Of a DNA stretch of 64,000 nucleotides, positions 49,626 to 59,797 are shown in pieces. The DNA is taken from NCBI GenBank assembly GCA_965197745.1, contig CBDANS010000007.1, positions 1,888,001 to 1,952,000 on the forward strand, given 5' to 3'. Source of the stretch: Opitutales bacterium. GTDB taxonomy: Bacteria; Verrucomicrobiota; Verrucomicrobiia; Opitutales; PNEW01. Every line of letters starts with the position of its first letter. Within the stretch, counting starts at the first letter, position 1. The notes beneath the pieces were generated by a model that was not told the DNA's origin, did no database searches, and saw nothing but the letters and a program-made list of their open reading frames with translations. The position numbers and the translations under genes are program-made.

Positions 49626-52010
49626 CTAAAAAGATAAATTTACCCGGCCCTCCATGCGAAAGGGCAATTCACGGAAGATGAGAAGATTGTTAACAAATGG
49701 ATCTCCATTGTGTACCCAATTTATCTCATCAGTGATATTGTAAAAGACAACTTCCGCTTTCCATTTTGGTTTTTCATAAGTAACTGCCGCGTTTAAAGAG
49801 AACTGAGTGGGGATACGAAATTCGGCATCGAGATTACCTATTTGCTCGCTTTCTAAAGACCCCCATAGCCTGAGTCCAATTCCTTTCGATGGGCTATAGC
49901 TACTTCCTGCATTTAATATCCAACGAGAGAGACCGGGGATTCTCCAATCACCCGGAGGCGCCTGGTTAACACCGGGAAACGACTCAAATCCCACACCGGT
50001 GCCGCGACCTTCAGGGCCCATTCCCTCGGCGTAAAAATCAAAAATCGAACGTCCCCCGTATTGAAAAGGAGCTGTATTTTGATAGTGACCTTCCGTAAAT
50101 GAAAGATTCGTATAGAAGTAGAAATCCTCATTGGGTTGATAGACACTTTCCAGTTCCAGACCTTGCACCCGTATATCGTTTTTCCCGCCGCGCGTCTCCA
50201 CTCGCTTTCTGTCCTGAGAAAATGCCGTTAATCCGACAAAAAGTTTATTCTCATAAAAACTGAACCGAGCCCCTCCTTCATATAGATCACTTCGATTATT
50301 AAAATCATCCCCGTCGATTTGACTATTAAATAAAAATATACCCCCACCGGTTACACTCCCATTGACCGCGCCGGTGCGATTATAAGTAAGGTAAATGGTT
50401 GATGAACTACTCGGTTTAAAAGTGAGACTGACATGGCCTCCAAAATGATGGAAGTCGTGATTGTCGTTCCAGGCCAATCCACCCGCTGGTGGCAGAGGGT
50501 CGGTGACGTCCGCATAAAATGAGTCTCCGCGAATTCCATAAAGAATGGACCATTGATCGGTGAGTGAAAACTCATGCTGCCAGAAGAGTCCAATATTCCA
50601 TAAGTTCGAATGTATGGTTTCCGGACTGAACATTTCTGCTCCGAAAAATGGTCTTCCCCCAGGTCCCGGCAACCCCGGAAAGTAGGAATCGCTGAACTGC
50701 TCACGCATGTTAAAATCAGGAGGATTCTGAGTGATATCGAAATTAAAAAAATACTCATTGAAAAAATTCACGTATGTCTCGCGTTTCTCGTAACGGACAG
50801 AAACTCCCGTGATCATTTCATGCCTTTGTCCCCATAAATCACTGCTGAAGTTAAATTCGGATCGGTTATCCCAGGTAAATTGATTGACGTATTCTATATA
50901 CTCCAGTTCATGAAATCGACGTCGATTGATGTGCTCAATCATACTTCTGTTAGTGAAAGACAAATCTTCCTCTTCGTTTAACGTCGATATGAGCTGTGCG
51001 TGAAACCCGTTGGAATTACTGAAATCATCATTGGAAAATAGTGTGTCTGCAGGTTTAATCTCAGTCGTTCCACTCGGGGTCAGGAACCAGGGTTCAACCC
51101 CAGGTCCTCCGATATCATCAAGGTTTCCCGTGTAATATACAGCATGATCAATAAGCTCTTGCGAGGGGCGGTTCACCCCCAATTGTTGTGGTATGGCCTG
51201 CCAGCTGTACTGGGCATTGAAATCAAGTTTTAGCTCACTACTGGGTTTCCAGGTGAGTGCAATAAAAATGTCCTGACGGTCATCTCGGGCACCATTGTCA
51301 TGGTAAATAGTTTCATTTTCCTGACCGGTATAACTGAAACGCCAGGCCAATGTATCTTCGACAAGGGGTTGATTGAAATCAATACGCCACAGGCTGCTGA
51401 AAAACGAATCATTGTCGGGAATCCAAGTGCCAAAACGCATATGTATATTCGTGCGTGCCTCCTCAAAATAGGGTTGTTTCGAATTATAATTTAGATACCC
51501 GCCGCTGTAAAAACCAGGACCGTATACCGCCGATCCGGGCCCTCGCGCAATGTCTACTGACTCCACAAAATTAAAACCGTGTGGTACTCCGAAGATATTT
51601 GCGCTGCGTCGCTGCCCATTTATATAAGTCTCGGATATGTCACCGCGTATGTTCGGCGTGGTTAGGTTTCCAAAACTTGAAGGGGCATAGGCGCTGGGAC
51701 TGAATGAGATTATTTCATCCACTGATTCAACCCCCCGATCACGAAGAAGCGCTTCGTTGACAAGACTCACTCCACGAGGGGTATCGAGGATATTGCGGCG
51801 GTCCCCAAACAGCGATGTTACTGAACGCGCCAATGGATTAATCGAATCATCATAGGCCACCCCCTTCACGATAAATTCATCCAGGGTATGAACGGCTTCA
51901 CGAGAATCTGCATTTTGGGCAATCGCTGAAACAGTCATGTAAAAAAGCGCGGGGATCATCGCGAGCGCTCTTTTATGCGATTTTTTAACTGTTAAAAGCT
52001 GACTTCTCAT
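49626..52010 (-). CDS. TonB-dependent receptor, probably thiamine/precursor uptake
   Basis: Plug 'IRG..YING', 'RGPGSAVYG', C-terminal F. Lies downstream of a TPP riboswitch, with a GGGGA RBS before ATG 52010. Confidence 0.88.
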   Translation of the reverse strand: MRSQLLTVKKSHKRALAMIPALFYMTVSAIAQNADSREAVHTLDEFIVKGVAYDDSINPLARSVTSLFGDRRNILDTPRGVSLVNEALLRDRGVESVDEIISFSPSAYAPSSFGNLTTPNIRGDISETYINGQRRSANIFGVPHGFNFVESVDIARGPGSAVYGPGFYSGGYLNYNSKQPYFEEARTNIHMRFGTWIPDNDSFFSSLWRIDFNQPLVEDTLAWRFSYTGQENETIYHDNGARDDRQDIFIALTWKPSSELKLDFNAQYSWQAIPQQLGVNRPSQELIDHAVYYTGNLDDIGGPGVEPWFLTPSGTTEIKPADTLFSNDDFSNSNGFHAQLISTLNEEEDLSFTNRSMIEHINRRRFHELEYIEYVNQFTWDNRSEFNFSSDLWGQRHEMITGVSVRYEKRETYVNFFNEYFFNFDITQNPPDFNMREQFSDSYFPGLPGPGGRPFFGAEMFSPETIHSNLWNIGLFWQHEFSLTDQWSILYGIRGDSFYADVTDPLPPAGGLAWNDNHDFHHFGGHVSLTFKPSSSSTIYLTYNRTGAVNGSVTGGGIFLFNSQIDGDDFNNRSDLYEGGARFSFYENKLFVGLTAFSQDRKRVETRGGKNDIRVQGLELESVYQPNEDFYFYTNLSFTEGHYQNTAPFQYGGRSIFDFYAEGMGPEGRGTGVGFESFPGVNQAPPGDWRIPGLSRWILNAGSSYSPSKGIGLRLWGSLESEQIGNLDAEFRIPTQFSLNAAVTYEKPKWKAEVVFYNITDEINWVHNGDPFVNNLLIFRELPFRMEGRVNLSF

Positions 52011-52065
52011 ATGTCCCCTGGAGGTCACTCCAACCAAGGACATACAGCTTCAACGATTACACCAT

Positions 52066-52160
52066 AGTTCCTCCGCCGGCATGACCCGGATCAGGTTCAG
52101 TGGGTAGCAGAACCGATCGTGCTCCAATCTCAGCCCCACGCGAAGGACTCCCCATAGAAA
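52066..52160 (-). ncRNA. TPP (THI-box) riboswitch
   Basis: Minus strand GGGGAGTCC...GGCTGAGA...TACCCACTGAACCTGATCCGGGTCATGCCGGCGGAGGAA matches the TPP consensus. Confidence 0.93.
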
Positions 52161-52399
52161 TATATAAGTTATCTAAGCAAAATATTATCTAATATCAACT
52201 CCTATTCTTTATCTTTGCAGATAAAATAGCTCTATCATCACTGAATTCACCCATCGTGCTGAACTACGGGACCCATTTTAACCGGTTAAAGCGTCAATAT
52301 AATCAAACTCATCTAAATACCATCAGGATCTTAATGATTCAGGATACAGCGATATGACCTGATGCCCTATAGAAATAAAATTCAGGCATAAACTGAATA

Positions 52400-53587
52400 T
52401 TAAACCAGGATTTCATCGACGACTTCGTCGAGTTCATGTTTCACGGGCACCGATCCCTTAATTAAAGGATAGCGATAGACTTTCCCTTCATAGTTACGCA
52501 TTACCACTTCTTCATCCGTAATCCTCTCAACGTATTCCGGATTAATCGGGACCTTGCCCCCCCCACCTGGAGCATCAATGACAAATTGAGGGATTGCATA
52601 TCCTGTGGTGTGCCCTCGAAGCGCTTCTATAATTTCTATCCCCTTGCGCACATCAGTTCGCAGATGAGCGCTTCCGGTGATGAGATCACACTGGTAGATG
52701 TAGTAGGGTCGAACCCGCATCATAAGCAGACGATGGAGCAGTGATTTCATTACCTCCACATTATCGTTAACCTTTTTTAAAAGTACTGATTGATTTCCTA
52801 TAGGCACGCCGGCATAGGACAATCGCTCACAGGCTTCTTTAACTTCCCATGTACATTCTTTTGGGTGGTTGGCATGAATGCTCATCCAGATGGGTCCGTA
52901 TTTTCGGAAAATATCGCACAATTCAGGGGTAATACGCTGAGGTAAAAAAACAGGGATACGTGATCCTATACGGATAAATTCAACGTGCTTAATAGAACGA
53001 AGACGCCCTAGAAGATAATCCAGTTTGTGGTCAGCAAGAAGGAGTGGATCACCTCCACTGAGCAGAACGTCACGGACCTCTTCATGTTCTTCAATGTATT
53101 TTAATCCCGCTTCCATTTGGGGATGAAAATTATAGTCTTGAGCGTTGGAAACGAGTCGGCTGCGAGTACAATATCGACAATAAGCAGCGCATCGGTCTGT
53201 AATTAGAAATAATACCCGATCGGGATAGCGATGGACCAGTCCAGAAACTGCCGTCGTATTCTCTTCACCCACCGGATCGAGCATTTCTTCCGGAGCAGTT
53301 TCCATTTCTTCAATCCGGGGGATAACCTGTCGCCGAATAGGACAGTCCGCGTCCTTCCGGTCGATAAGATTGAAAAAATAGGGTGTGATGGCCAGAGAGA
53401 GTTTTTGATTGGCAAATCGACAGCCCTCCTTTTCCTCCTCTTTAAGAATCAGATATTTTTCTAATTCCTCGGCAGAGGTTATTCGATTCTTCAACTGCCA
53501 GACCCAATTGCTCCAATCATCCTCCGGCACTTCAGACCATAGTCCCTGCCCGCGAATCCAGTTGTTTTCACTATCCTCAGGATACAT
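52400..53587 (-). CDS. KamA-family radical SAM enzyme (lysine 2,3-aminomutase-like)
   Basis: 'HRYPDRVL', CAAYCRYC, 'SGGDPL', 'DAPGGGGKVP'. Confidence 0.9.
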   Translation of the reverse strand: MYPEDSENNWIRGQGLWSEVPEDDWSNWVWQLKNRITSAEELEKYLILKEEEKEGCRFANQKLSLAITPYFFNLIDRKDADCPIRRQVIPRIEEMETAPEEMLDPVGEENTTAVSGLVHRYPDRVLFLITDRCAAYCRYCTRSRLVSNAQDYNFHPQMEAGLKYIEEHEEVRDVLLSGGDPLLLADHKLDYLLGRLRSIKHVEFIRIGSRIPVFLPQRITPELCDIFRKYGPIWMSIHANHPKECTWEVKEACERLSYAGVPIGNQSVLLKKVNDNVEVMKSLLHRLLMMRVRPYYIYQCDLITGSAHLRTDVRKGIEIIEALRGHTTGYAIPQFVIDAPGGGGKVPINPEYVERITDEEVVMRNYEGKVYRYPLIKGSVPVKHELDEVVDEILV

Positions 53588-53775
53588 GATTTGATTTTAA
53601 CCCTTTTCTTGATCCTTCTTTGCTGATATAAAATCCCGTGATAAAAGATTATTTTTAATCTTGTCACTAAGAATCTATATATTTAAATAAGTCAATACAT
53701 ATGTGGGGAGATAGATAAACTCACGTGCTACGAATGGGTTACAATATATTAAGAAGGGCATGAGGAATAGAAAAA

Positions 53776-54108
53776 GTGGATAATAACGACGAGCTGGCCA
53801 AGCAACTTTGGGCTCTGGGAGATCCTGTGCGTCTCAGAATTTTGCAATTTTTGCCCTACACACCCAACTGTGAACATCACAATAATGTATCTCAACTGGC
53901 AGAAAAACTGGGATTGAGCCAACCGACAATCTCCCACCATCTTCGCATCTTGCGCCAGGCGGGATTAGTGTCCCATAAAAAAATGTGCCGCGACTGTTTT
54001 TACTGGATAGAGTTTGAGGCGACGGTGGCGGTACTGGAAAGCATGCGTATATCCCTGCTTTCAAATTATAAAGAAGATGCGGTCATAAAAAATCCCGCAG
54101 TCACATAA
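53776..54108 (+). CDS. ArsR/SmtB-family transcriptional regulator
   Basis: 'ALGDPVRLRIL', 'SQPTISHHLRILRQAGLV'. Confidence 0.9.
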   Translation: MDNNDELAKQLWALGDPVRLRILQFLPYTPNCEHHNNVSQLAEKLGLSQPTISHHLRILRQAGLVSHKKMCRDCFYWIEFEATVAVLESMRISLLSNYKEDAVIKNPAVT

Positions 54109-54150
54109 AATTAAATTGCGGGTTGAGACTTGGGTACTTTTATAGAAGCC

Positions 54151-55314
54151 ATGTCAGAAATAAAACCCGGAATATTTGCCCTGGAAAGCGGGGAAATATA
54201 TCGAGGAACAGCATTCGGTTCAGAAAAAACGGTAGTTGGTGAAGCGGTTTTCAACACCAGTATGACCGGCTATCAGGAAATTCTGACGGATCCATCTTAT
54301 TATGCTCAGATAGTGACGATGACGGCTCCGCAAATAGGTAATTATGGAATTAATCCCGAAGACGTTGAATCTGACGGACCAAAAGTATCTGGATTTATCG
54401 TGCGTGAGCTCAGCCCATTAAGCAGCAACTGGCGCAGCCAGCAGGATCTCACGGATTATTTAAGTGAGCATGACATCCCCGGTTTAAGTGGCATTGACAC
54501 ACGAACCATTACTAAGAAAATCAGAGTAGATGGAGCGCTCAAGGCCTGCCTGAGCACAGAAGTTATCTCTGATCAGGAGGCCGTAGAACGCGCGCGTGAA
54601 TGGCCGGGAATAGTGGGTGTCGATTACGTAAAAGAAGTCACCTGCAAGAAAGCTTATACCTGGGATTCCAAAGAAAAAGACATACAGCCATTCACCGTTA
54701 AGGGAACACGGCTTTCAATCATACAAAAAAAACGCAAACCCTATAAAGTAGTGGCTTTTGACTTCGGAGCGAAATACAATATTTTTCGAAAACTGCGTTA
54801 TCATGGGTTCCAGGTAGAGGTCGTCCCCGCCAATTATTCAGTAGAAAAAACTCATAAACTAAAACCCGACGGAGTCTTTTTATCCAATGGACCGGGAGAC
54901 CCTTCCGCTTTGCCTTATGCCCATGAGACAGTGGAAAAACTTATCCAGCACTACCCTACTTTTGGCATATGTCTTGGACATCAAATCATTACTCATGCTA
55001 TAGGCGCTAAGACTTTTAAGTTAAAATTTGGTCATCGTGGCGCTAATCAACCCGTTAAAAATCTTGAGACGGGTGAAGTGTATATTACCTCTCAAAATCA
55101 CGGTTTCGCATCCACGAGAGAAGAGCTGGAAAATAGTAATGCCATTGTCACGGAAATTAATTTGAATGATCAGACAGTAGCCGGCCTTCGCTTAAAAGAT
55201 AAACCGGTTTTTTCCGTGCAATACCACCCTGAAGCATCACCCGGCCCCCATGATACGGACAGTCATTTCGATAAGTTTTATAAGCTGATTGAAGAGCATA
55301 AAAAAACCAAGTAG
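54151..55314 (+). CDS. carA: Carbamoyl-phosphate synthase small subunit
   Basis: 'FNTSMTGYQE', 'SNGPGDP', 'GICLGHQ', 'QYHPEASPGP'. Confidence 0.97.
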   Translation: MSEIKPGIFALESGEIYRGTAFGSEKTVVGEAVFNTSMTGYQEILTDPSYYAQIVTMTAPQIGNYGINPEDVESDGPKVSGFIVRELSPLSSNWRSQQDLTDYLSEHDIPGLSGIDTRTITKKIRVDGALKACLSTEVISDQEAVERAREWPGIVGVDYVKEVTCKKAYTWDSKEKDIQPFTVKGTRLSIIQKKRKPYKVVAFDFGAKYNIFRKLRYHGFQVEVVPANYSVEKTHKLKPDGVFLSNGPGDPSALPYAHETVEKLIQHYPTFGICLGHQIITHAIGAKTFKLKFGHRGANQPVKNLETGEVYITSQNHGFASTREELENSNAIVTEINLNDQTVAGLRLKDKPVFSVQYHPEASPGPHDTDSHFDKFYKLIEEHKKTK

Positions 55315-55333
55315 CTCTCAGACTCAAAATATT

Positions 55334-56080
55334 TTAACCTACCAATTTCTCAAAGATCGCAGCATCTTCCGGGGTATCCACACCAAGGGTCGGCTCATTG
55401 GTGATCCCGACCGCGATCGTTAATCCATTTTCAAGAGCCCTCAGTTGCTCTAATCTTTCAATTTTTTCGAGACGTCCAGGGGACATTCCGCTGAAATTAT
55501 TGATAAATTCTGCACTATAGGCATATAGCCCCAGGTGCCAATAGCATAAATTCTCTTGCAGCCATTTACTGTCGACATAACCGTTATGGTCACGTGAAAA
55601 AGGAATAGCGGAACGCGAAAAAAATAAGGCTCTACTCTCGGTGTTGAGAACAACTTTGACTTTGTCGGGATCATGAAAATCTTCTTCTTTTTCAAACGGC
55701 GTGGCCAGGGTAGCCATATCTACATCAGCACTGGTAATCAGCTGACTTAGCGTTTTAATTTGCTTTTCGGTAACCAACGGTTCATCTGCCTGCACATTTA
55801 TGAGGTAATTGGCTTGAATGCATTCATTTGCTTCGGAGATGCGGTCAGTACCACTCTGGTGTTTACGCGAAGTCATTATAGGCTGATACCCTTGCTTCTC
55901 CAGGAGCTCCAATAGCACTTCATCCTCCACCGCAAAATAGAGCGGAACGTCGGGTGCCTGTTTGGCAATGCGTTCTGCGGTCCAAAGAATCAGTGGCTTA
56001 CCCAGTATCGGATAGAGCAACTTGTGAGGGAATCGTTTTGAATCGAGTCTTGCGGGGACAACAATCGCTATATTTGGCAT
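55334..56080 (-). CDS. kdsB: 3-deoxy-manno-octulosonate cytidylyltransferase
   Basis: 'PARLDSKRFP', 'SGTDR', 'NVQADEP', 'LEQLRALE'. Confidence 0.94.
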   Translation of the reverse strand: MPNIAIVVPARLDSKRFPHKLLYPILGKPLILWTAERIAKQAPDVPLYFAVEDEVLLELLEKQGYQPIMTSRKHQSGTDRISEANECIQANYLINVQADEPLVTEKQIKTLSQLITSADVDMATLATPFEKEEDFHDPDKVKVVLNTESRALFFSRSAIPFSRDHNGYVDSKWLQENLCYWHLGLYAYSAEFINNFSGMSPGRLEKIERLEQLRALENGLTIAVGITNEPTLGVDTPEDAAIFEKLVG

Positions 56081-56121
56081 GGCATTTATTTCCGTAATGC
56101 AATTTGATATAAAAAACGGGG

Positions 56122-57039
56122 TTACTCCCTTGATGACTTAGGGTCGAGCGCATCACGGAGTCCGTCTCCAAGAAAGTTAAGTGAAAACAGGGTGAGTGAA
56201 AAGAAAAGGGCGGGGAAAAAAAGAAGCCAGGGATAGACCTCCATTTTTTCTGCACCTTCTTTGATGAGGAGCCCCCAGGAACTTTTGGGAGGCTGCACCC
56301 CCAACCCGAGAAAACTTAAGATGGCTTCTAATAGCATGACCGCGGGTACGGTCAACGTTGCGTAGACAATAATCGGCCCCAGGGTATTGGGGATGAGGTG
56401 ATGCGCAATAATCCGCCTGTGCGTTGACCCGATTGAGATTGCAGCTTGAACAAACTCCAGTTTCTTTAGCGATTGTACCTGACCGCGAACAATACGGGCC
56501 ATCGTAAGCCACTCTACTGCTCCTATTGCGATAAACAACAATACAATACTCCTCCCGAAAATAACCATGAGAAGAATAACAAATACCGTAAATGGTAAAG
56601 CATAAAGTATATCCACAAGTCGCATCATTGTGGCATCCGTCTTCCCCCCCACGTATCCGGCAATAGCACCGTAGGAAACACCGATAAGAAGTGATACCCC
56701 TGTCGCCATAAAACCCACCATTAACGAAACACGTCCCCCATGAAGAAGGCGGGTGAGCACATCGCGCCCGAGGACATCCGTGCCCATCCAGTGATTCAGG
56801 TTCGGACGCTGTGCTCCGTAGAGAAGATTTTGCTCTTCATAGGTATAAGGAGACAAGAATGGCCCACCCACACTTATAAGGGTCATGAAAATAAAAATAA
56901 TGAGCCCAACTCGAGCCAGCTTATTTTTCATCAAACGCTCATATGCATCACCCCACAAAGATATACCGGGCATTGTCATCACCCTGCTCGGAATTCCTTC
57001 TGTATTATTATGTTGGATTGTATCGTTAGTTTCCATCAT
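56122..57039 (-). CDS. oppC: Oligopeptide ABC permease
   Basis: 'GTDVLGRD', 'SFLGLG', 'GDGLRDALDP'. Confidence 0.9.
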   Translation of the reverse strand: MMETNDTIQHNNTEGIPSRVMTMPGISLWGDAYERLMKNKLARVGLIIFIFMTLISVGGPFLSPYTYEEQNLLYGAQRPNLNHWMGTDVLGRDVLTRLLHGGRVSLMVGFMATGVSLLIGVSYGAIAGYVGGKTDATMMRLVDILYALPFTVFVILLMVIFGRSIVLLFIAIGAVEWLTMARIVRGQVQSLKKLEFVQAAISIGSTHRRIIAHHLIPNTLGPIIVYATLTVPAVMLLEAILSFLGLGVQPPKSSWGLLIKEGAEKMEVYPWLLFFPALFFSLTLFSLNFLGDGLRDALDPKSSRE

Positions 57040-57065
57040 AACTGGGGCGATTTCTGCCTCGTAAT

Positions 57066-57983
57066 TTACTCATATTTTAGTCGGGGATTAAGGAGAACCT
57101 GGACAATATCCACGATCAGGTTTAGAAGGATGATCAAAACAGCGTAAAACAGAACGGTTCCAAGAACCATCGTATAATCGCGATTAAAAGCGGCCAAAAC
57201 AAAGAAGCGTCCAAGTCCGGGAACTTGAAAAATCGTCTCCACAACGAAGGATCCACTGATGAGTCCAGCGGAAGCAGGTCCTAGAAAAGTGGCAACAGGG
57301 AGCAAGCCGGTCTTGAACCCATGGACCAGGATAACACGCCATTCTGATAAACCTTTGGCCCGCGCCGTGCGAATATAATCACTGGAGAGAACGTCCAGCA
57401 TTCCGCTGCGCGCGAGTCGCGCAATGTAGGCCGCATAATAAAACCCGAGGGTAAAGGCGGGCAGGACACGGTCTGACCAATACTCCCAACCCAAAGGGTT
57501 AAACCAGCCCAGTGACAACCCGAATATCAGCACGAGCAAAGGCCCCATGACAAAAGTCGGCATGCAAATACCTATCATCGCAATGGACATCGGGAAATAA
57601 TCCAGTGCGGTATTTTTATTAATGGCCGCGATGATCCCTGAAATGGATCCAAGCAGAACAGCGACGATCAATGCCAATAACCCAAGTTCTAAAGACACAA
57701 AAAAAGATTGCGCGATGAGCTCATTCACCGACCACCCCATGTATTTGAAAGAAGGTCCTAAATCACCTTTGAGAAGGTTCCCTACATAGTGAAAGTATTG
57801 GAGCCATAAGGGGTCATCAAAACCGTAGTGTGCTTCAAGATTATTTCGTATTTCCGGTGGGACCGCTTTTTCATCGCTAAGCGGATCACCGGGGGCCAAA
57901 CGCACCATAAAAAAAGTTACGGTAGCGATTATAAGCATTACTGGAACAGCTTGAACGATGCGCTTGATTATAAATTTAAGCAT
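57066..57983 (-). CDS. oppB: Oligopeptide ABC permease
   Basis: 'GDLGPSF', 'YIRTARAKG', 'NRDY'. Confidence 0.9.
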   Translation of the reverse strand: MLKFIIKRIVQAVPVMLIIATVTFFMVRLAPGDPLSDEKAVPPEIRNNLEAHYGFDDPLWLQYFHYVGNLLKGDLGPSFKYMGWSVNELIAQSFFVSLELGLLALIVAVLLGSISGIIAAINKNTALDYFPMSIAMIGICMPTFVMGPLLVLIFGLSLGWFNPLGWEYWSDRVLPAFTLGFYYAAYIARLARSGMLDVLSSDYIRTARAKGLSEWRVILVHGFKTGLLPVATFLGPASAGLISGSFVVETIFQVPGLGRFFVLAAFNRDYTMVLGTVLFYAVLIILLNLIVDIVQVLLNPRLKYE

Positions 57984-58005
57984 ATAATTTACTTCTCATT
58001 AAACT

Positions 58006-59685
58006 TTACTTAGCTTCGAGATAGACAAATTTGTAGGGATGATGATCAAGAACGTTTGGATGCCACCCTCGCACACTGGATTCGATGAGCAAGCTTCTTA
58101 CATAGAAATAGATGGGGATGATCGGCAATTCACCGAGGAGAATCTGCTCCGCCTTTTGAAAAAATGCTAATCGCTCCGAACTATCAGTGGCACGGCTCGC
58201 GCTCGCAATCAGGGAATCATATTCCGGATTCGACCAACCCGTATGATTGTTCCCGCCGCCCGTTACAAACATATCCAGAAATGTGTTGGGATCGTTGTAG
58301 TCCCCTATCCAACCTGCGCGCGCAATTTGATAATTCATACCCTGGCGGGTATTCAGATACACTTTCCATTCCTGGTTATAAAGTTTGATTTTAATATTTA
58401 GCGAATCACTCCACATTTGCTGGATAGCTTCAGCTATAGTTCGATGCGCTTCGCTGGTATTATAGAGAAGCTCGATTTCGGGAAGTCCTTCTCCATTGGG
58501 GAACCCGGCATCTGCCAGCATGGATCGTGCTTCCTCTAAATTATATTCCAATTGTCTCTCTGCCATATATCCACCGGTCCCGGGTGGTGTAAAGTGGTAG
58601 GCCGGCTTCTCCCCAGCTCGTGATACATGTTCGCTGATGGCTTCACGGTTCAATGCCAATGATAACGCCTTGCGTATTCGTTTATCGTTTAATGGCGGTT
58701 TCGTCACATTGATTAAATAATAGTAAGTTCCAAGGTAAGTATCGAAGCGTCCTACATCTGGTCTCTGGGTCCGGTAATAATCAACTCTGTGTAAAGGAAT
58801 AGTATGGGTAAGATGAATATAACCCACGCGAAAAGCTCGCTCTTCCGCATCTCTGCTATCGATGGGCATGAAATGTATACCCTTTAATCTAACCTTGTCT
58901 GAATCCCAATAAAGTGGATTTTTTTTGACAATTATGCTCTGGTTAATCTTCCAGGAATCCAGGGTGAAAGGACCATTGCAAACCATGTTTTCCGGACGCG
59001 CCCAGAGAGTGCCGCGTTTTGTCATTCCGCCAAACTCCTCGATTGTCGGGGGATGCACCGGCCACCAGGAATAATGATTTTGAAGCTCAAGAAAATACGG
59101 AGTTGGTGCTTCCAGTATTATTTCCAGCAATTTATCATCTATTGCTTTCACCCCAACCAGGGAAAAATCTGTAATTTCTCCGACATTAAAAGCGCGCGCA
59201 TTTTTCATCGGATAGAGCATATAGGCATATTCTGCGGCCATTGCGGGGGAGAGGATACGCTGATAAGAATAGAGAAAATCATGGGCCGTGACCGCATCAC
59301 CGTTTGACCAAACCGCCTCATGGCGAAGATGAAAGATGTATTTCGTTCCCTCTTCCGCTATATCCCAACTTTCGGCAACACCGGGCACCGGATGAAGATC
59401 TATGGGGTCTTCTGAAACCAGACCTTCGAAGAGGGCGGAGATAATATTATGTTCCGAGACACCTGTAGTGATGTGGGGATCCAGGCCTTCGGGTTCGGTT
59501 CCATTACCGATAAAGAGAATCTGCTCACGATTACCGCGTTCAACATTTGTCTCCGGTATTCCACAAGCAACGACGTTTAAATAAATGGCCAATAATAAAA
59601 TAAACCCGGATAATTTCTGCTTGTACCATTTACTCACGACTCTCATGCAATTGTCTGCTGCGATATTCTGCAATATTTTCCTCAT
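58006..59685 (-). CDS. oppA: Oligopeptide ABC substrate-binding lipoprotein
   Basis: Lipobox 'VVAC', 'WSNGDAVTAHDF', 'NGPF', 'RAGWIGDY'. True start may be slightly downstream. Confidence 0.9.
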   Translation of the reverse strand: MRKILQNIAADNCMRVVSKWYKQKLSGFILLLAIYLNVVACGIPETNVERGNREQILFIGNGTEPEGLDPHITTGVSEHNIISALFEGLVSEDPIDLHPVPGVAESWDIAEEGTKYIFHLRHEAVWSNGDAVTAHDFLYSYQRILSPAMAAEYAYMLYPMKNARAFNVGEITDFSLVGVKAIDDKLLEIILEAPTPYFLELQNHYSWWPVHPPTIEEFGGMTKRGTLWARPENMVCNGPFTLDSWKINQSIIVKKNPLYWDSDKVRLKGIHFMPIDSRDAEERAFRVGYIHLTHTIPLHRVDYYRTQRPDVGRFDTYLGTYYYLINVTKPPLNDKRIRKALSLALNREAISEHVSRAGEKPAYHFTPPGTGGYMAERQLEYNLEEARSMLADAGFPNGEGLPEIELLYNTSEAHRTIAEAIQQMWSDSLNIKIKLYNQEWKVYLNTRQGMNYQIARAGWIGDYNDPNTFLDMFVTGGGNNHTGWSNPEYDSLIASASRATDSSERLAFFQKAEQILLGELPIIPIYFYVRSLLIESSVRGWHPNVLDHHPYKFVYLEAK

Positions 59686-59797
59686 AGTTTATAGTGATAA
59701 GTGATTGAGAGGTAAATTATCCTTCCAAACAACTTAACTACCCATAACTATGCAAAGCTTGCTAAACCATGTGTAGGTCCCTAGTGAAGGCCGTAAT

